The notes beneath the pieces are model-generated. The model did no database searches, was not told the origin of the DNA, and saw only the letters and a program-made list of their open reading frames with translations. Shown piece by piece: positions 14,255 to 29,300 of a stretch of DNA of 64,000 bases; within the stretch, counting starts at the first letter, position 1; the number at the start of each line of letters is the position of its first letter. The stretch comes from Macrostomum lignano (taxonomy: Eukaryota), in assembly GCA_002269645.1 (NCBI GenBank), contig NIVC01000359.1, positions 372,001 through 436,000 of the forward strand, given 5' to 3'. The translations under genes were made by a program, and so were the position numbers.

Positions 14255-14720
14255 AAAGACTCAGAAGACAGTCAGAAGAACCTCAGAAGACAGCAAAAAC
14301 CTCAGAAGACAGCAAAAACCTCAGAAGACAGTCAGAAGAACCTCAGAAGACAGTCAGAAGAACTTCAGAAGACAGTAAAAACCTCAGAAAATAGTCAGCA
14401 AGAACCTCCGAAGAAGCCAGAAGAACCTCGGATGAAGAACCTCAGATGAAGAACCTCAGATGAAGAACCTCAGATGAAGAACCTCAGATGAAGGCCTCAG
14501 ATGAAGAACCTCAGCCGAAGAACCTCAGATGATGAACCTCAGATGATGAACCTCAGATGAAGAACCTCAGATGAAGAACCTCAGATGAAGAACCTCAGCC
14601 GAAGAACCTCAGATGATGAACCTCAGATGATGAACCTCAGATGAAGAACCTCAGATGAAGAACCTCAGATGAAGAACCTTAGATGAAGAACCTCAGCCGA
14701 AGAACCTCAGATGAAGAACA
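14255..14720. repeat. 14-bp GATGAAGAACCTCA minisatellite
   Basis: Period 14 (14431 to 14445), preceded by related GAAGAACCTCAGAAGACAG units. Confidence 0.93.
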
Positions 14721-15443
14721 AGACAAAGCAAAAGCAGAAGTCAGCACAGCCTCCTTGCTGTGCTAACCCGAAACTCCAAAAGACGGCCTGTCTTTTTTTG
14801 CTTTCAAAAAAATCTTTAAGGGCTCAACTCAAAATTTTGACCGTCACCCCAGCCTCTGACTCAGCAACTCGAGAACTACTCTCTGAGTGGGAGCCTCATC
14901 TCTTCACATGTGACAGGGGACTGAATTTGGGCTCTCGTTTCAGTTTGAAATTATTTTTGTTTATCCAGGCCGACACTGGGAAAACAAGTTTTGACAGGGC
15001 GCGCTGTCGCCCTCCCCCGCTCTGCCGTCTGAGTTTCCTTCTTCTCTGGTGAATCAGTTTCTCAAATCTGATGCAGCTTAAGTTAGCGAACAGTAGGAAT
15101 AACCTTGAAGCCTCTAACTAATACAGCATCAGGTACATTCCAGAGTCAGTTGGTGCTACTAAGGCCTAAGAAGATTTCACAGAAAATTTGAGTCTGCAAA
15201 TTGTTTTCCTAATTAATTAATTAATGAGATATCTCCTCCAACAAATTTCTTCCGAAAACTCAGAAGGGACGAATGAGGTCGTGAATAATGACTTGCGCTT
15301 GGGGTTCGTTAGCAGAACAGCTCAAATTACCTGCACGCTAAAACTAACTGTGACCTGCTGGAACCCGACTACTGGGTATCGAATTCTTCGTGAAATTATG
15401 CAAATCTCTAATGACTTTTTATTTGATTAATATATATATATAT

Positions 15444-16428
<985 letters not shown>

Positions 16429-17204
16429 ACCCGGAGGCAATAAATCTCGCAGTCAGATAATTAGCAGGTGATTCAGTCCCACAGACCAGCAATGCAGATA
16501 ATTAGGCAAGCCAAGTGTTGATTTCTGACTATTCTAAAGAAGCAGAAGCGCCTCTGTCTGGGCCGGTCCTTGCCCCCCTGGTTGGCCATAGCGGAGCCCT
16601 GCCAACTGTTGCATCACAGGCTCCGCCATCCCATCTAGGAGGAATAATCCAGAGAGTGTGGGAGACAGAAAGTCAGTTGTAAAAAATGCCATTTCTTGTT
16701 GCTAAGTCGATCGGGGCTTCCTTTTTTCTCTCGGTTCCCCAGCTTCAAGCAGGGCGCGGCGACCTCAGCTTGTTAAGCTACAGGCCTGGGCAAAGCTCCG
16801 AATTTCGTGGGAAAAGACGCGGAAGAAAGAAAAGTTTCAAAGTCTGCTGCTTCAAGCTGGCCAAGAAATGGAATTAAAAGCAGAGAAGCAGAGAGTAATA
16901 GGTTATTCCACCTGCCGGTCAGCTGCTGACGGGGTCAGTTGGTGCATTACCGTTACCGGATTATCGAGTGGAAACTCGAAAGCACAGAGCAAGGTTCAAA
17001 TGGCGGTTTGGGATTCTTTGAATCTGAAGCAGGGCGTGCTGGAATGGCTCTCCGGCTGCATGGGTGGCCGGCTTCTTGCCCAAGGACCGCTACAGGTCTG
17101 GACGGACAAGGGCTGCGTTTCTTCGAATAATTACATTTAAAGGCTCGCGTTTGCAGCAATAATGCGCTAAAATACACTTGTTTTCTGCTAACTTCAAGGC
17201 TAAA

Positions 17205-18418
17205 GCTATAGAATCTTCACAAACTATAGAATCTTCACAAACTATAGAATCTTCACAAACTATAGAATCTTCACAAACTATAGAATCTTCACAAACTATA
17301 GAATCTTCACAAACTATAGAATCTTCACAAACTATAGAATCTTCACAAACTATAGAATCTTCACAAACTATAGAATCTTCACAAACTATAGAATCTTCAC
17401 AAACTATAGAATCTTCACAAACTATAGAATCTTCACAAACTATACCATACTATAGTTCTAGAAGACTATAGAATCTACCGAAACTATAGAATCTTCACAA
17501 ACTATAGAATCTTCACAAACTATAGAATCTTCACAAACTATAGAATCTACCGAAACTATAGAATCTACCGAAACTATAGAATCTTCACAAACTATAGAAT
17601 CTTCACAAACTATAGAATCTACCGAAACTATAGAATCTACCGAAACTATAGAATCTACCGAAACTATAGAATCTTCACAAACTATAGAATCTTCACAAAC
17701 TATAGAATCTTCACAAACTATAGGATCTTCACAAACTATAGAATCTTCACAAACTATAGAATCTACCGAAACTATAGAATCTACCGAAACTATAGAATCT
17801 ACCGAAACTATAGAATCTTCACAAACTATAGAATCTACCGAAACTATAGAATCTACCGAAACTATAGAATCTTCACAAACTATAGAATCTTCACAAACTA
17901 TAGAATCTTCGCAAACTATAGAATCTACCGAAACTATAGAATCTACCGAAACTATAGAATCTACCGAAACTATAGAATCTACCGAAACTATAGAATCTTC
18001 ACAACATATAGAATCTTCACAAACTATAGAATCTTCACAAACTATAGAATCTTCACAAACTATAGAATCTTCGCAAACTATAGAATCTTCACGAACTATA
18101 GAATCTACCGAAACTATAGAATCTTCGCAAACTATAGAATCTTCACAAACTATAGAATCTACCGAAACTATAGAATCTACCGAAACTATAGAATCTACCG
18201 AAACTATAGAATCTACCGAAACTATAGAATCTTCACAAACTATAGAATCTTCACAAACTATAGAATCTTCACAAACTATAGAATCTTTACAAACTATAGA
18301 ATCTTCACAAACTATAGAATCTTTACAAACTATAGAATCTACCCAAACTATAGAATCTTCACAAACTATAGAATCTTCACAAACTATAGAATCTACCCAA
18401 ACTATAGAATCTTCACAG
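17205..18418. repeat. 18-bp two-variant minisatellite
   Basis: Units ACTATAGAATCTTCACAA and ACTATAGAATCTACCGAA. Confidence 0.97.
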
Positions 18419-18849
18419 GCTTCACAAGAAATACAAGCCAGCTGCAATACAAGAAAGAGAGTCTGGCACGTTATTTCAGCTCCATCTGATCGAAGCGGCA
18501 CCGAACCGAACCGAAATCGAGGTCCTGGTGTCGGAAATCCCATCAAGGTTCGGTCTGCCAACCCCCAGGCACTTTCTGTTTCAATAAAAATATATAGGAT
18601 CTTCTTCCACAATTTCACTATTGACACTTTCGCTTGTTCGCTCATTCCATTGATTGATTTTCCACAAGGCCTTTCTCTGTTCCCCGAGTTCGCTTGATTG
18701 CGTCAAAATCCTGTCCAGGATCAAAGGAGATGAGCTGCTGGGGACAGAAGGAACACAGACTGAAGTGAGGACTTGCTATTGAACTGGGAGCATATTATGA
18801 GATTGGTTCTATGTGGTGACATTATGTTCCACCTTACTAGCTCGTGCAT

Positions 18850-20550
18850 CAGTATGGTAACACTCTGTCCCACACTGCTACACCAGTATGGTAGCACTCT
18901 GTCCCACACTGCTACACCAGTATGATAACACTCTGTCCCACACTGCTACACCAGTATGGTAGCACTCTGTCCCACACTGCTACACCAGTATGATAACACT
19001 CTGTCCCACACTGCTACACCAGTATGATAACACTCTGTCCCACACTGCTACACCAGTATGGTAGCACTCTGTCCCACACTGCTACACCAGTATGATAACA
19101 CTCTGTCCCACACTGCTACACCAGTATGATAACACTCTGTCCCACACTGCTACACCAGTATGGTAGCACTCTGTCCCACACTGCTACACCAGTATGATAA
19201 CACTCTGTCCCACACTGCTACACCAGTATGATAACACTCTGTCCCACACTGCTACACCAGTATGATAACACTCTGTCCCACACTGCTACACCAGTATGAT
19301 AACACTCTGTCCCACACTGCTACACCAGTATGATAACACTCTGCCCCACACTGCTACACCAGTATGGTAGCACTCTGTCCCACACTGCTACACCAGTATG
19401 GTAGCACTCTGTCCCACACTGCTACACCAGTATGGTAGCACTCTGTCCCACACTGCTACACCAGTATGATAACACTCTGTCCCACACTGCTACACCAGTA
19501 TGGTAGCACTCTGTCCCACACTGCTACACCAGTATGGTAACACTCTGTCCCACACTGCTACACCAGTATGATAACACTCTGTCCCACACTGCTACACCAG
19601 TATGGTAGCACTCTGTCCCACACTGCTACACCAGTATGGTAACACTCTGTCCCACACTGCTACACCAGTATGATAACACTCTGTCCCACACTGCTACACC
19701 AGTATGATAACACTCTGTCCAACACTGCTACACCAGTATGATAACACTCTGTCCCACACTGCTACACCAGTATGGTAACACTCTGTCCCACACTGCTACA
19801 CCAGTATGGTAGCACTCTGTCCCACACTGCTACACCAGTATGGTAACACTCTGTCCCACACTGCTACACCAGTATGATAACACTCTGTCCCACACTGCTA
19901 CACCAGTATGATAACACTCTGTCCCACACTGCTACACCAGTATGATAACACTCTGTCCCACACTGCTACACCAGTATGATAACACTCTGTCCCACACTGC
20001 TACACCAGTATGGTAACACTCTGTCCCACACTGCTACACCAGTATGATAACACTCTGTCCCACACTGCTACACCAGTAGGGTAACACTCTGTCCCACACT
20101 GCTACACCAGTATGGTAACACTCTGTCCCACACTGCTACACCAGTATGATAACACTCTGTCTCACACTGCTACACCAGTATGATAACACTCTGTCCCACA
20201 CTGCTACACCAGTATGATAACACTCTGTCCCACACTGCTACACCAGTAGGGTAACACTCTGTCTCACACTGCTACACCAGTATGGTAGCACTCTGTCCCA
20301 CACTGCTACACCAGTATGATAACACTCTGTCCCACACTGCTACAACAGTATGGTAGCACTCTGTCCCACACTGCTACACCAGTATGGTAGCACTCTGTCC
20401 CACACTGCTACACCAGTATGATAACACTCTGTCCCACACTGCTACACCAGTATGATAACACTCTGTCCCACACTGCTACACCAGTATGGTAGCACTCTGT
20501 CCCACACTGCTACACCAGTATGGTAGCACTCTGTCCCACACTGCTACACC
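18850..20550. repeat. 34-bp minisatellite, ~50 copies
   Basis: Unit CCAGTATGATAACACTCTGTCCCACACTGCTACA. Confidence 0.97.
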
Positions 20551-21084
20551 ACTCATCAAACTGATAATTCAAAATTATCTCAGAAACCGGAATTGGATGC
20601 TGAAAATAAATTTAAAAAATGATGCAGATTTTTTGAAGAAAAAAAGCACTGATTTTATCATTCTGCGATTCACAGAGTTTGAGACTGACTGCTGGCACGC
20701 ATCATTAATTAAGACTGACTTGAATACAATAAATAAGATACAACAAACAATTCTCATTCAGTCTCATGGTCACTGCGAATGCATGCCGAGAATCTCTCCA
20801 GTCATCATTGTATTCTGAAAATTGTTTCGATACAATCTTTGTTCAGCTTCAATTGTTGGCTCACGCAAAACGTGCAGTCGGTTGGTTGTTTGGTTCATAA
20901 AAAGTTCTACTTTTAATACACGCAGCTTAATGGGTTTGCGTGCTAAGCACCTGATTCACATCCGAGTGGCCTGGCTGACTCAAATAGGTCTCAGACAAAC
21001 TCATTATAGAATCCACTGCTCAGGAGGGAGTCTGTCTGCTTAGCGTTTTGATAATTGATAGCGTTCTGGGAGGGGGAGGGGGAG

Positions 21085-21600
21085 AGTGAGGGTGAGAGTG
21101 AGGGTTAGAGTAAGGGAGAGTGAGGGTGAGAGTGAAAGTGAGGGTGAGAGTGAAAGTGAGGGTGAGAGTGAAAGTGAGGGTGAGAGTGAAAGTGAGGGTG
21201 AGAGTGAAAGTGAGGGTGAGAGTGAAAGTGAGGGTGAGAGTGAAAGTGAGGGTGAGAGTGAAAGTGAGGGTGAGAGTGAAAGTGAGGGTGAGAGTGAAAG
21301 TGAGGGTGAGAGTAAGGGAGAGTGAGGGACAGAGTGAGAGTGAGGGTGAGAGTAAGGGAGAGTGAGGGACAGAGTGAGAGTGAGGGTGAGAGTAAGGGAG
21401 AGTGAGGGACAGAGTGAGAGTGAGGGTGAGAGTAAGGGAGAGTGAGGGACAGAGTGAGAGTGAGGGTGAGAGTGAAATTGAGGATGAGAGTGAGAGTGAG
21501 GGTGAGAGCAAGGGAGATTGAGGGTTAGAGTGAGAGTGAGGGTGAGAGTAAGGGAGAGTGAGGGTGAGAGTGATAAAAGTGATAAAAAGTGAGGTAGAGA
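21085..21600. repeat. GTGAG-rich 18-bp minisatellite
   Basis: Unit GTGAGGGTGAGAGTGAAA and variants. Confidence 0.92.
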
Positions 21601-22084
21601 GTATGAAGTGAGAGAGAGAGGGAGGGTGAGAGTGAAGTAGAGTGGGAAATGGGGATGCAGAGAGAGGTGGGCGAGTGCGGTGGCCTATCCCAGGATCCAT
21701 AGCGCAGTCAACACGGCAATGATTTATTGCATAGTGCCGCTAGTTCGCGCCTGCGCAGATGACCCGCACTGATAAGGAGGTCGGTCGCAGAAATGACAGC
21801 CGAAGCAAGTGCCTGTCACAGGCACAGCCACCCCCCCCCCCGATGCACTGCTGCAGCCTGTGCGGCCTCCCACCAAACAGAAACACTGGCCGTGCGGTCT
21901 CTGGGACCTGCACGTTCGAGGGATGAAGTCGGCACTCAATTCTCCCGATTGGCAACCCCCCCCCCTGTTTACTCTGCGTGTCAATCTCGCGATTTCCCGT
22001 TTCGTTTTCTTATAGTTTCGGTTCTAGTTTGAAAATAAATATATAACTCTCTGCTGCAGTGAAACTTCTGAGGCGCCGCCGCCA

Positions 22085-22560
22085 CTCTGATCCTTCAGTG
22101 GGAATCCGCCCCCTCTGATCATTCAGTAGGAATCCGCCCCCCTCTGATCATTCAGTGGGAATCCGCCCCCTCTCTGATCCTTCAGTGGGAATCCGCCCCC
22201 CTCTGATCATTCAGTGGGAATCCGCCCCCTCTCTGATCCTTTAGTGGGAATCCGCCCCCTCTGATCCTTCAGTGGGAATCCGCCCCCTCTGATCATTCAG
22301 TGGGAATCCGCCCCCCTCTGATCCTTCAGTGGGAATCCACCCCCTCTGATCATTCAGTGGGAATCCGCCCCCTCTCTGATCCTTTAGTGGGAATCCGCCC
22401 CCTCTCTGATCCTTCAGTGGGAATCCGCCCCCTCTGATCATTCAGTGGGAATCCGCCCCCCTCTGATCCTTCAGTGGGAATCCGCCCCCTCTGATCATTC
22501 AGTGGGAATCCGCCCCCTCTGATCCTTCAGTGGGAATCCGCACCCCCCCCCTGATGCTTC
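22085..22560. repeat. ~28-bp minisatellite
   Basis: Unit CTCTGATCCTTCAGTGGGAATCCGCCCC. Confidence 0.94.
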
Positions 22561-23208
22561 AGTGAAAGAAGAAATCTCTGACTTCAAATAAGATGGTACA
22601 GGATAAAGTGTGACAAAATTCATTTTTGCATGGCAACACGGCCTCGGAGATCCCAGATGAGATAACTAAAAAAGCCTTGCATTCTTCTGCATCGTAGAGA
22701 GACTTCGACCTGGAATATTTTATGTCACCAATATGCTACACTAAGAATTAATTAATACTTTCCCAAAATGTACCGAAACTCCTACATAAAAGTGCCTTTT
22801 CGATGCATATCGGATTATTAGGGGGCCAGGCAAATAACTAACTTGAAAAAAGACACAACGGGTTTAAAGCCAGGCTTATCTGGACGTCGATCAGATAAAC
22901 CCTTGCCATTACAAAACGCTGTTACGTCACCCTCCAACTTGACTTGGCAGTCACTAGGCAATTTTTTTCACGACTTCGCGCAGATGCATCACCCGCCACT
23001 CAGTTTCCTAAAAATATTTTTTTCTCAAGATTTACTACTTATAAACTAAATATAATTAGTATGACGCAAATATACAGGGAAATAATATAAATGGATAGGT
23101 GTACAAATATTCACAATTTAGCTTATCTAACCGCGGTCAATTCTGCTTAACTTGAATCTCTAGCCAATTCCCTTACATAAAGCAAGTGTTCATCCACCAA
23201 TATTACAG

Positions 23209-23214
23209 TTTATT
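23209..23214 (-). terminator. Candidate AATAAA polyadenylation signal of the NPDC1-like gene
   Basis: TTTATT on plus, ~180 nt downstream of the stop codon at 23392, in an AT-rich 3' region. Confidence 0.35.
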
Positions 23215-23391
23215 ATAATAAAAAGATCTTTACAATCGAAACAATTATAACAATTGAATACAGGTACGCGTGCATCGAGCGGACCTGGAGTCAAATCATG
23301 TACGATTCTGTCAACCTGTCATTCAAGTTCTGAATTTCGACACTGCACAGCTGAATTCATTCTCTCTTAAAGTCCTTGCGGCGACCTCAGG

Positions 23392-26300
23392 TCACTCTTC
23401 ATCGCTGTCCGGCCCAGCGAAGATCGGGTTGGACACCTCGAGACCGCTGGTCTGGGGGGGGGGCTGGGTTGCTTATTGAGGCTGCCCTATCTCTCATTTC
23501 TCCCCATATCTCCCTTTTCTCCCTCTCTCTCTACATTTTCTCCCCCTCTCTCCCTTTTCTCCCCCTCTCTCCCTCCTCTCCCTCTCCCTCCCTTTCCTTT
23601 CTCTATCTCTCGTCCTCTCTTTTTTTCTTCATCTATCCTCTCTAAACTACCTTTCTTCTCCCATTCTGTTTGAAATCTCTCCCAGATCTCCACCCTAAAA
23701 AATTGGCAGTCACTCACAGACGCGAGTCCCGGACAGCCGTAGATGTTGGAGTCCTCCTGGTCCGAGTCAGCCTCTTGGATGGGCGACTTAGAGGGGCCGC
23801 TTCTGGTATGAAAGAGAATGGGAAATATTGCTGCTGGAAAATGGGATTGATCAGCTGGGATATGGGATTGTTCAGCTGGGGGATGGGATTGATCAGCTGG
23901 GATATGGGATTGATCAGCTGGGATATGGGATTGATCAGCTGGGATATGGGATTGTTCAGCTGGGGGATGGGATTGATCAGTTGGGGGATGGGATTGATCA
24001 GTTGGGGGATGGGATTGTTCAGCTGGGGGATGGGATTGATCAGTTGGGGGATGGGATTGTTCAGCTAGGGGATGGGATTGATCAGCTGGGGGATGGGATT
24101 GATCAGTTGGGGGATGGGATTGTTCAGCTGGGGGATGGGATTGATCAGTTGGGGGATGGGATTGTTCAGCTAGTGGATGGGATTGATCAGCTGGGGGATG
24201 GGATTGATCAGCTAGGGGATGGGATTGATCAGCTGGGGGATGGGATTGTTCAGCTAGGGGATGGGATTGATCAGCTGGGATATGGATTGATCAGCTGGGA
24301 TATGGATTGATCAGCTGGGGGATGGGATTGATCAGCTGGGGATGGGATTGATCAGCTGGGGGGTGGGATTGATCAGCTGGGGGTGGGATTGATCAGCTGG
24401 GAGATGGGATTGATCAGCTGGGGGATGGGATTGCTCACCACGAGCTTTATGGTAAAAAATAACCAAAACAGTAAACTCACTTTGGTTTAAAAGCGGAAGC
24501 AATATTCTGCTTCTGTCGCTGATAGTAGGACTTCTGCGCATGAACGGCTAATTTTGTATCGCCAGCAACCGCGCCGCCGCCGCTGACTCCGCTAAAGGCG
24601 CTGCCCTGGCTGCCGAACACGATGGGCTGCCGGCCACCCGGGTCGTTTTCGTCAGCGGCTCGGAGGGCGGCAGAATATCTGCAGTTTGGAGTGATTCTCT
24701 GCGGTTTGGAGTGATTCTCTGCGGTTTGGAGTGATTCTCTGCGGTTTGGAGTGATTCTCTCGAGCTTAGAGTGATTCTCTGCGGTGTGTGCGGGATTCTC
24801 TGCGGTGTGTGCGGGATTCTCTGCAGCTTAGAGTGATTCTCTGCGGTTTGGAGTGATTCTCTACAGCTTAGAGTGATTCTCTACAGCTTAGAGTGACTCT
24901 CTACAGCTTAGAGTGATTCTCTACAGCTTAATTAGAGTGACTCTCACAGCTCGCAGTGATATTTTACATTGATAAGATTCATTTGCTGGAGAGGGGTTAT
25001 CGACTGGAAAAGATCAATCCTCTAAATACAGATTGTAAAGTTGAATAAAATATCACAAGCTCAGTGATCCCAGAAGTCATCCTGGGCTGACCAGCTCGGG
25101 AATGCGTGAGCTGTGAGACGAGTCAATTTAATTTTCTAATCTGTCAGTATCCTCCTCTCCGAAGGGGATCAGAGCGCCGATCGGGTAATCCATTAGCTTG
25201 CATGTTTGCTCCAATCAAACTGATTAAAGTCCGCAGTGAGCTTACTTGTAGCAGAACACGGAGCCGACAATGATTAATGTGACAGCAATCAGAGTCAGTA
25301 CGCCGATGGCCACTGGAATGTTTCGAAGTGACTCAGAATGATTTGGTTGATGATTTGTCTATCAATTTGTTAGTTCGCTTGTGTACACATGCTTGACGAT
25401 GAGTCAGGCCCGCTGTACACCCTGTGTAAGCGTGTGCATGCGTACAGTAACCGTGTCATTCAGGGGTCGGCAACTCCGGCCCGCGAGGCCTGTCTATCCG
25501 GTCCTCGGGTGCTTTGACACTTCACAATAGCAATCCTCAAGGCTTGTCTCTTCTCAGCTCCCTTCTCTCTTGTTTTCTCCTCTTCCTCTCACCTCCCCTC
25601 CCCCTCTCTCCCGTCTCTCTCATCTACCTTCTCTCCTCTCTCCCCTCCTCTCCAGTCTCTCTCATCTACCCTCTCTCCTCTCTCCCCTCCTCTACTGTCT
25701 CTCTCATCTACCCTCTCTCCTCTCTCCCCTCCTCTACTGTCTCTCTCATCTACCCTCTCTCCTTTCTCCCTTCATCTCCCATCTCTCCCATCTACCCTCT
25801 CTCCTTTCTCCCCTCCCCCCCAGTCTCTCTCATCTACCCTCTCTCCTCTCTCCCCTCTACTGTCTCTCTCATCTACTCTCTCTCCTTTCTCCCTTCATCT
25901 CCCATCTCTCCCATCTACCCTCTCTCCTTTCTCCCCTCCCCCCCAGTCTCTCTCATCTACCCTCTCTCCTCTCTCCCCTCTACTGTCTCTCTCATCTACT
26001 CTCTCTCCTTTCTCCTCTCCTCTCCCGTCTCTCTCATCTACTCTCTCTCTCTCATTTCCCCCCTCCTCTCCAGTCTCTCATCTATCCTGTCCTCTCGTTT
26101 CCTCTCTCTGTCCCGCAATCATACGCTAGATTCTATATCCGGCCTTTCAGTTAAAAAATTTTACCGACCCCTCAGGAGCCAGCGGAATGGGGCATGACTG
26201 CTCACTGGGCTGAGGGTCCGCTGACGCAGTGCTCAGAGCGAACTAACTTGGTGACAGCTTGTATAAAACTTGCTGAACAAGTGAACGAATGTTGTTCTAA

Positions 26301-29300
26301 TTCCAAGAAATAGAGAAATACACAATGCGTCAGTCCGTACCATAGACAGAAATCTCGGAGCCCGACAGCTCCTGCTGATTCATCATCCTGGACCGCATGG
26401 GAACCACGTAGTCAGTGTCCGTCAGGTACTGCCTGTCGCTGGCTCGGCTGCCCGCTGGCTCGGCTGCAACATTGGAACTCGCTGCTCAAGAGTCTGCTTG
26501 AACATGCTTTATTCAATGGAATCTTGCAAGCTTGCAACCTTCACACCCCTGCAACCTTCACATCCCTGCAACCTTCACACCCCTGCAACCTTCACACCCC
26601 TGCAACCTGCACACCCCTGCAACCTTCACACCCCTGCAACCTGCACACCCCTGCAACCTTCACACCCCTGCAACCTTCACACCCCTGCAACCTTCACATT
26701 ACTGTAAGCTTCACACCCCTGCAACCTTTACACCCCTGCAACCTTCACACCCCTGCAACCTTTACACCCCTGCAACCTTCACACCCCTGCAACCTTCACA
26801 CCCCTGCAACCTTCACACCCCTGCAACCTGCACACCCCTGCAACCTTCACACCCCTGCAACCTTCACACCCCTGCAACCTTCACATTACTGTAAGCTTCA
26901 CACCCCTGCAACCTTTACACCCCTGCAACCTTCACACCCCTGCAACCTTTACACCCCTGCAACCTTCACATTCTTGCAACCTTCACATTCCTGCAACCTT
27001 CACATCCCTGCAACCTTCACATTACTGTAAGATTCACACCCCTGCAACCTTCACACCCCTGCAACCTTCACACCCCTGCAACCTTCACATTCCTGCAACC
27101 TTCACATCCCTGCAACCTTCACATTCCTGCAACCTTCACACCCCTGCAACCTTTACACCCCTGCAACCTTCACATTCTTGCAACCTTCACATTCCTGCAA
27201 CCTTCACATCCCTGCAACCTTCACAACCCTGCAACCTTCACATCCCTGCAACCTTCACATTCCTGCAACCTTCACACCCCTGCAACCTTTACACCCCTGC
27301 AACCTTCACATTCTTGCAACCTTCACATTCCTGCAACCTTCACATCCCTGCAACCTTCACATTCCTGCAACCTTCACATCCCTGCAACCTTCACACCCCT
27401 GCAACCTTTACACCCCTGCAACCTTCACACCCCTGCAACCTTTACACCCCTGCAACCTTCACATCCCTGCAACCTTCACACCCCTGCAACCTTCACATCC
27501 CTGCAACCTTCACCCCCTGCAACCTTCACATTCTTGCAACCTTCACATTCCTGCAACCTTCACATCCCTGCAACCTTCACATTACTGTAAGATTCACACC
27601 CCTGCAACCTTCACACCCCTGCAACCTTCACATTCTTGCAACCTTCACATTCCTGCAACCTTCACATTCTTGCAACCTTCACATTCCTGCAACCTTCACA
27701 TCCCTGCAACCTTCACATTACTGTAAGATTCACACCCCTGCAACCATCACACCCCTGCAACCTTTACACCCCTGCAACCTTCACACCCCTGCAACCTTCA
27801 CACCCCTGCAACCTTCACATCCCTGCAACCTTCACAACCCTGCAACCTTCACATCCCTGCAACCTTCACACCCCTGCAACCTTCACATCCCTGCAACCTT
27901 CACATCCCTGCAACCTTCACATCCCTGCAAACTTTACACCCCTGCAACCTTCACATTCTTGCAACCTTCACATTCCTGCAACCTTCACATCCCTGCAACC
28001 TTCACATTCCTGCAACCTTCACATCCCTGCAACCTTCACACCCCTGCAACCTTTACACCCCTGCAACCTTCACACCCCTGCAACCTTCACACCCCTGCAA
28101 CCTTCACATCCCTGCAACCTTCACACCCCTGCAACCTTCACATCCCTGCAACCTTCACATTCCTGCAACCTTCACATCCCTGCAACCTTCACCCCCCTGC
28201 AACCTTCACATTCTTGCAACCTTCACATTCCTGCAACCTTCACATCCCTGCAACCTTCACATTACTGTAAGATTCACACCCCTGCAATCTTCACACCCCT
28301 GCAACCTTTACACCCCTGCAACCTTCACACCCCTGCAACCTTTACACCCCTGCAACCTTTACACCCCTGCAACCTTCACATTCCTGTAACCACATTCCTG
28401 AAACCTTCACATTCCTGCAACCTTCACACCCCTGCAACCTTCACACCCCTGCAACCTTCACATTCCTGTAACCACATTCCTGCAACCTTCACACCCCTGC
28501 AACCTTCACACCCCTGCAACCTTCACATTCCTGTAACCACATTCCTGAAACCTTCACATTCCTGCAACCTTCACACCCCTGCAACCTTCACACCCCTGCA
28601 ACCTTCACATTCCTGTAACCACATTCCTGCAACCTTCACACCCCTGCAACCTTCACACCCCTGCAACCTTCACATTCCTGTAACCACATTCCTGCAAACT
28701 TCACATTCCTGCAACCTTCACACCCCTGCAACCTTCACATCCCTGCAATCTTCACATTACTGTAAGCTTCACATCCCTGCAACCTTCACACCCCTGCAAC
28801 CTTCACACCCCTGCAACCTTCACACCCCTGCAACCTTCACATCCCTAAAATAAAATTCCTATCCCTACAAATAGATCCTGCAACTGATCCCCCTGAACCC
28901 CCCAGTCTCCCCTCCTCATCACCAGCCGGCTGTGGCGGGGGCGACAGAGGACCCTCCTTAACGCCGGTCATATTCCTGAACTCCGCGGCCGAGTTGGGTG
29001 CGCCAGAGGTGGCCAGCTGGTCAACGAGGCCGTCCTCAGCGGATGGCCCGGGGTCCACGGCTACCGCGGTTGCGACTGTAACGAAAGTTCACTGATCCAA
29101 TTCGCTTAAATTGTTTATGCTTTCCAAAATTACGCCTATCACTAATGCTCCCCACTGAGGCACCGAAACACTCCCCACACGGGCACTGAAACACCCCCAC
29201 AGACACTAAAACACCCCCAGACACTGAAACACTCCCCCCCAGACACTGAAACACCGTACAGACACTGAAACACCCCCACAGACACTGAAACACCGTACAG

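Noticed and set aside
17458-18645. 395-aa ORF with SIVCED repeats
   Set aside because: Almost entirely an 18-bp satellite whose unit is divisible by 3; the non-repeat N-terminus has no recognisable domain
26498-28853. Long LQPSHPCNLHTPATFTP ORFs suggesting a mucin-like protein
   Set aside because: 17-bp satellite open in several frames and antisense to an NPDC1-like intron
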